From Macrostomum lignano (taxonomy: Eukaryota): a stretch of 37,871 nucleotides of DNA. The translations under genes and the position numbers were made by a program. Shown piece after piece: positions 33,981 through 37,871 of this stretch. Each line of letters opens with the position of its first letter. The first letter of the stretch is position 1. The notes below the pieces were generated by a model that saw only the letters and a program-made list of their open reading frames with translations, was not told where the DNA came from and did no database searches. The DNA lies in NCBI GenBank assembly GCA_002269645.1, contig NIVC01000840.1, forward strand, positions 1-37,871. Reading direction: 5' to 3'.

Positions 33981-34522
33981 TATTTTAATTGTATGCGCGG
34001 TAGCTAGTAGTTGGCCACAGTATAGGCCTAGTGAATTGGACCCTTTCCCTCAAATCTGCATATTGCTAGGTCCTTATTTACTGAACCTAATTAAAAATTA
34101 TTGTTTTTATTTGCTTTTATAATTTTTTATCCTATTTATACCATATATACCTAATTTAATCTCAATTCATTGCTATTTTTTATTAATTTAAATAGTATTT
34201 GACTTACTATATATAAAGATATGGCTACTAAGCATGCAATTAAAACATTGGATAGACAGCTGCTGTGCATACAAGCTCTTTGTAATATATAACAGCTATA
34301 ATAACAAACCTATGTAAATGTATTTTGTAAATGTATTGTAAATGTATTTTGTCTATTTGCATTAGGCCTATAATGTAAGGATATTAGATATATAATAGAA
34401 AAGATAAATCTAAGGACAAAAATTGCAATAGAAACAATATAGACAAATTTTGCTAAAGCTAACTTGGCAACAAGTTTTCTATGATTATATAATATATAAT
34501 AATTGACAATTATAAGTATTTC

Positions 34523-35896
34523 CAGTGGTGGCGCAGGAGGGATGAAGGGGCTATAGCCCCTGGGTGACTACTAGTCACTTCCCGCAGGGAATGACTATCC
34601 TTTATGCAAAAAATTCTAAAAATATGCGCAACGCCAGTGTTGGGCAAGTTACTCAAAAAAAGTAACTTGCGTTACTGTAACTTAAGTTACCAATTTTTAA
34701 AAAGTAACTTACGTTAGCCTAGTAACTTTAGACAAAAACCTGGTAACTTTTAAGTTACTGTCCATTACTCACTTCCGTTACCAGCCATGTTTTAAAATTT
34801 ACTGCTTTTTTCACATTGCACATTTTTTCATTGTTGTTACCGAAATTTGCCATTGGGGATTGGGATTAACCGATTAACAGACAGAGACAGGAATTGGCAA
34901 CACAATGTGAGGCAAGTAGAAGGACCAATGGGCAATGGCAATCAATAATTAAAATTATAAATGATAAAATATACGAATATCAATAATTCAATAGAGTAAA
35001 ATAAATAGAACTGTATAAAATGGTGTAGTGTACTGCAGTGCCAGTGGAGGGACTTGTGGAGGCTACAGATGAATTTCTTTCTTTGGTTGTTTGTTTGAAT
35101 CAAACTTGAAAATTTTTAGTAACGAAAATGGGCCTTTTCATATAGCTAGTTCTGGTTCCAGAACCAGAACCAATTTGTGAAGTATAACCTTTTGTCTCTA
35201 TAACTAGAGGGAGATACGTGCTATAAAGTTTTTATTATTGAATGAAAATCGCTAAGAAGAAAGTGAAAAATTGTGCTAAGTGAGGTTGTTAAGGCAGTCA
35301 AACATTCAACAGAATTAAATAGTTATACTGCTGTTTTTCTTGGAAGATCCTAACCGATTCTGATTCTGGAATTGGTAATATGAAAAGCCTCAATGAAAAG
35401 CGAAAATATTTTACCAATATTAACAAAGTAAAACATGTTTCAAGTATTTCTTCATTAATTAAGCGCAATACCATATGATACTATTCACTTAATTTTGAAT
35501 TTAGGAATGAAAAATGCAAAAACATGTGACAACTGGCGTACTAGCTAAGCATTTCAGTTTTAAATTTAAATATTGCGATTGTTGCAAAGTAACTGTAACA
35601 GACTTCCGAAATTTAAGTAACTTACCGTTACTCCGTTACTAAAATAAAAAAGTAACTTGCGTAAGGAATGCTTTATGAAAAAGTAACTTGCGTTAGGCCT
35701 ACCATTTGCAAGTTACTCGGTAACGGAAGTGCCCAACATTGCGCAAGGCCATAAAAAATTTATGAGATAAGGGCCTATCATTTAGTTCTAAGAATGCTTA
35801 TTGCCAAATGCCAAGGGTAGGAGGGCAAGGAGGATGACCACCCAACCATTGCCCCCTCCCTCCCAACTAAAAGTGCTGCACTACTAGCCACCACTG
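34523..35896. mobile_element. hAT-type MITE (~260 bp of its own sequence) split by a second hAT element
   Basis: TIRs cagtggtggc / gccaccactg; flanks agtatttc / agtaggtc (6/8). Confidence 0.65.
34635..35741. mobile_element. 1107-bp non-autonomous hAT element
   Basis: TIRs cagtgttgggca / tgcccaacattg; 8-bp TSD cgcaacgc / cgcaaggc (7/8); many subterminal gtaac/gttac motifs at both ends; no transposase ORF. Confidence 0.85.
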
Positions 35897-35950
35897 AGTA
35901 GGTCTATTTCTATTTGATTATCAATAAAATTGGTCAACACCTATTTATAT

Positions 35951-36333
35951 TGAAGAGCTTGCATGCATGGTAGCCATCCACCTAGTGTTTTAATTGCGTG
36001 CACAGTAGCCAATAGTTGGCCACAGTATAGGCCTAGGCCAAGTGAATTTGATCTTTTCCCTTAAATCCCCGCTATGCTGCCCCGCATTGCTTTGCTTTGC
36101 TACTAACTAAACCTAATTAAAAATTATTTTTACTATATCATTTTATCCCACGTATACCTTGTAGGCCTATGCAAATACAATCTCAATTTATTGGTATTTT
36201 TTAATTTGAATAGGCCTATTCATTTAAACAGTATGGGGGCAAATGGCCTTTATGACTTACTATTATAAGATGTGGCTGCCATGCATATAATTAGAACACT
36301 AGGTGGATGGCTGCCATGCATGCAAGCTCTTCA
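35951..36333. mobile_element. ~380-bp MITE-like element with ~45-bp TIRs, superfamily unclear
   Basis: tgaagagcttgcatgcatggtagccatccacctagtgttttaatt versus aattagaacactaggtggatggctgccatgcatgcaagctcttca (2 mismatches); TSD not clear. Confidence 0.75.
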
Positions 36334-37594
36334 TGTTTATATTGGCCTTGGCCTATTCATTAGCATTAGTTCTGCTTAACATTGTTTTATGCAGAATAGA
36401 CTAACAATATGGCATATGCAGCAATATGCTAGCTTGGCCTCATTTGTACAATACTAATAGAAATGCTAGCATAGTGTGCAATTTTGGGTAATGGCTAGAG
36501 TTCCGGCACTGGAACCCATTTTCTAACAGCTAGGGATCCAGCAGTGCTGTATATATATAGGTTAGCGAAATAAATATGCTTTGCATGTGTCTCTGACTCT
36601 GCTATGTTACCATGCAGTGCACCAAGTTTGATGGAGTTGACGGCTCAGACAGACGGAGTTGATGGATGTGGATTCGTGGAACGGCCGGATGAATTTTCTA
36701 AGATTAAACTTGTGCCAACTTTCTTAGAACTTTGTTTGATTATAACAAAAGTAGTGTTAATTTGAGTAAACTCTCTCTGCTGCTTTACTCAGGTCTAGGG
36801 GAGATAAATAGCTATAACTGCGACTAGAGCGATCCTAGATAATATTGGAACACTGAAGATTTCTGAATCGCAGTTGATCTCGGAGAGAGTTTTTTGCCGG
36901 CACATAAAATTAATCAGTTCTGAATTATCGGTTCTGAGGATGACACTTAAGTAAATGTACAGCGTATATGTGGAAGCAATTGTAATCTACAGTGTAAATG
37001 CCCCGCGTGTGCCTAGCAAGAATCTGCATGAGCATGTATTAACGAAAATCCCTTTGTTGGGAAGTGTGCGTTCACCGTTCTCTTTGATAGGGCCGGCACT
37101 TGTGTAAGGGTGGTATTATAATTATTTCCCAACATCATCGGAACCGATGTATTGTGGGTAGGGCGGCCGCTGCGGTTGTGTTCCTCGAAACCGCGGTGGT
37201 GGCGCAAGAAAGTCAGCGGATCCCTCCAGGAAGGCACTGCTGAAGGCGCCCTGATCCTCGTCGGTCATGAAGAAGCTTCTTTTCTTTCGTCAATATAATG
37301 ACCAATATAATTTCCATGTTTCAACTTCTTTGCGATCAGATACGTCGTTGGATGCAACCTCATATCAAAAGCTGGGGGTAAAGAAGCAAACTATAATTGT
37401 GATGCATGCTACGCGAGCGTACTGTTTGCAGTAGTGTGTTTAGGTATTTCAAAAGTTCGTAGAAAAGCCGTCTTTGCATAAAGCTATGGCCTTGAAACTT
37501 TTTACAAATACTATTTCATAAATCTATAGCCTGCAGCTAAATTTTCAGCAAAATTGATTGAAATGGCCACCAGAAATCTGCGATCAAACTCTGA

Positions 37595-37871
37595 ACCCCC
37601 ACTGCATTTCCTGCGTTCTCCAAGGAGCAGTCAAGAGCCATAATGCTGTTCCTGTTTCGTCGAGGCTCTAGCGCAAATGAAGCTGCTGCTGAGATGAAGA
37701 CTGTACTGCAAGATGAAGCTCCATCCCTCAGCACTGTGAACAAGTGGTTTGGTCGCTTTATAGAGCCGGCCATTTTAATCTGGCTGATGAGCCAGCCAAG
37801 AGAAGGTTGTCCAAGAACATCAACAGACTCATTGAATGTGGCTGCTGTGCAGTCAGCTTTGAACGAGGATG
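37595..37871 (+). mobile_element. 5' part of a mariner-like transposase relic running off the window end
   Basis: Plus frame from 37610: AFSKEQSRAIMLFLFRRGSSANEAAAEMKTVLQDEAPSLSTVNKWFGRF...REGCPRTSTDSLNVAAVQSALNED, a mariner HTH; the GHFNLADEP segment lies in another frame (compensating frameshifts). The minus ORF 37537-37773 is its shadow. Confidence 0.8.

Larger units (their letters stand above)
32482..34280. mobile_element. Interrupted copy of the ~380-bp inverted-repeat element found intact at 35951-36333
   Basis: Ends agagcttgcat... and ...gcatacaagctctt; 33983-34280 aligns by eye with 35990-36333 (tagttggccacagtataggccta, acctaattaaaaattatt, tctcaatt, gacttactat). Confidence 0.65.

Overview
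Repeat-rich metazoan (invertebrate-type) genomic DNA; no prokaryotic features, CRISPR arrays, rRNA or tRNA genes were seen. Short introns, dense minisatellites and Ala/Gln-rich tails are reminiscent of free-living flatworms such as Macrostomum, but the taxon cannot be established from the sequence. Most long ORFs in the track are artefacts of tandem repeats. Five real genes can be reconstructed by hand. Two are four-exon, plus-strand type II membrane proteins with TNF-homology domains (5983-8064, a recognisable EDA/eiger-type ligand; 14263-17531, a strongly diverged paralogue), and neither appears as a single ORF in the track. Two are paralogous minus-strand, intronless-CDS, single-Ig type I membrane proteins (19266-20036, 26980-27489) sharing an acidic transmembrane motif YxMPSY-x6-VYxxDGxL. 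The fifth is a small secreted peptide precursor (29348-29680). About a dozen distinct minisatellites fill introns and spacers, including a 15-bp-period array of NF-kB-like sites inside the first TNF gene. After ~30 kb the window is an AT-rich transposon graveyard with nested hAT-type MITEs and mariner relics.
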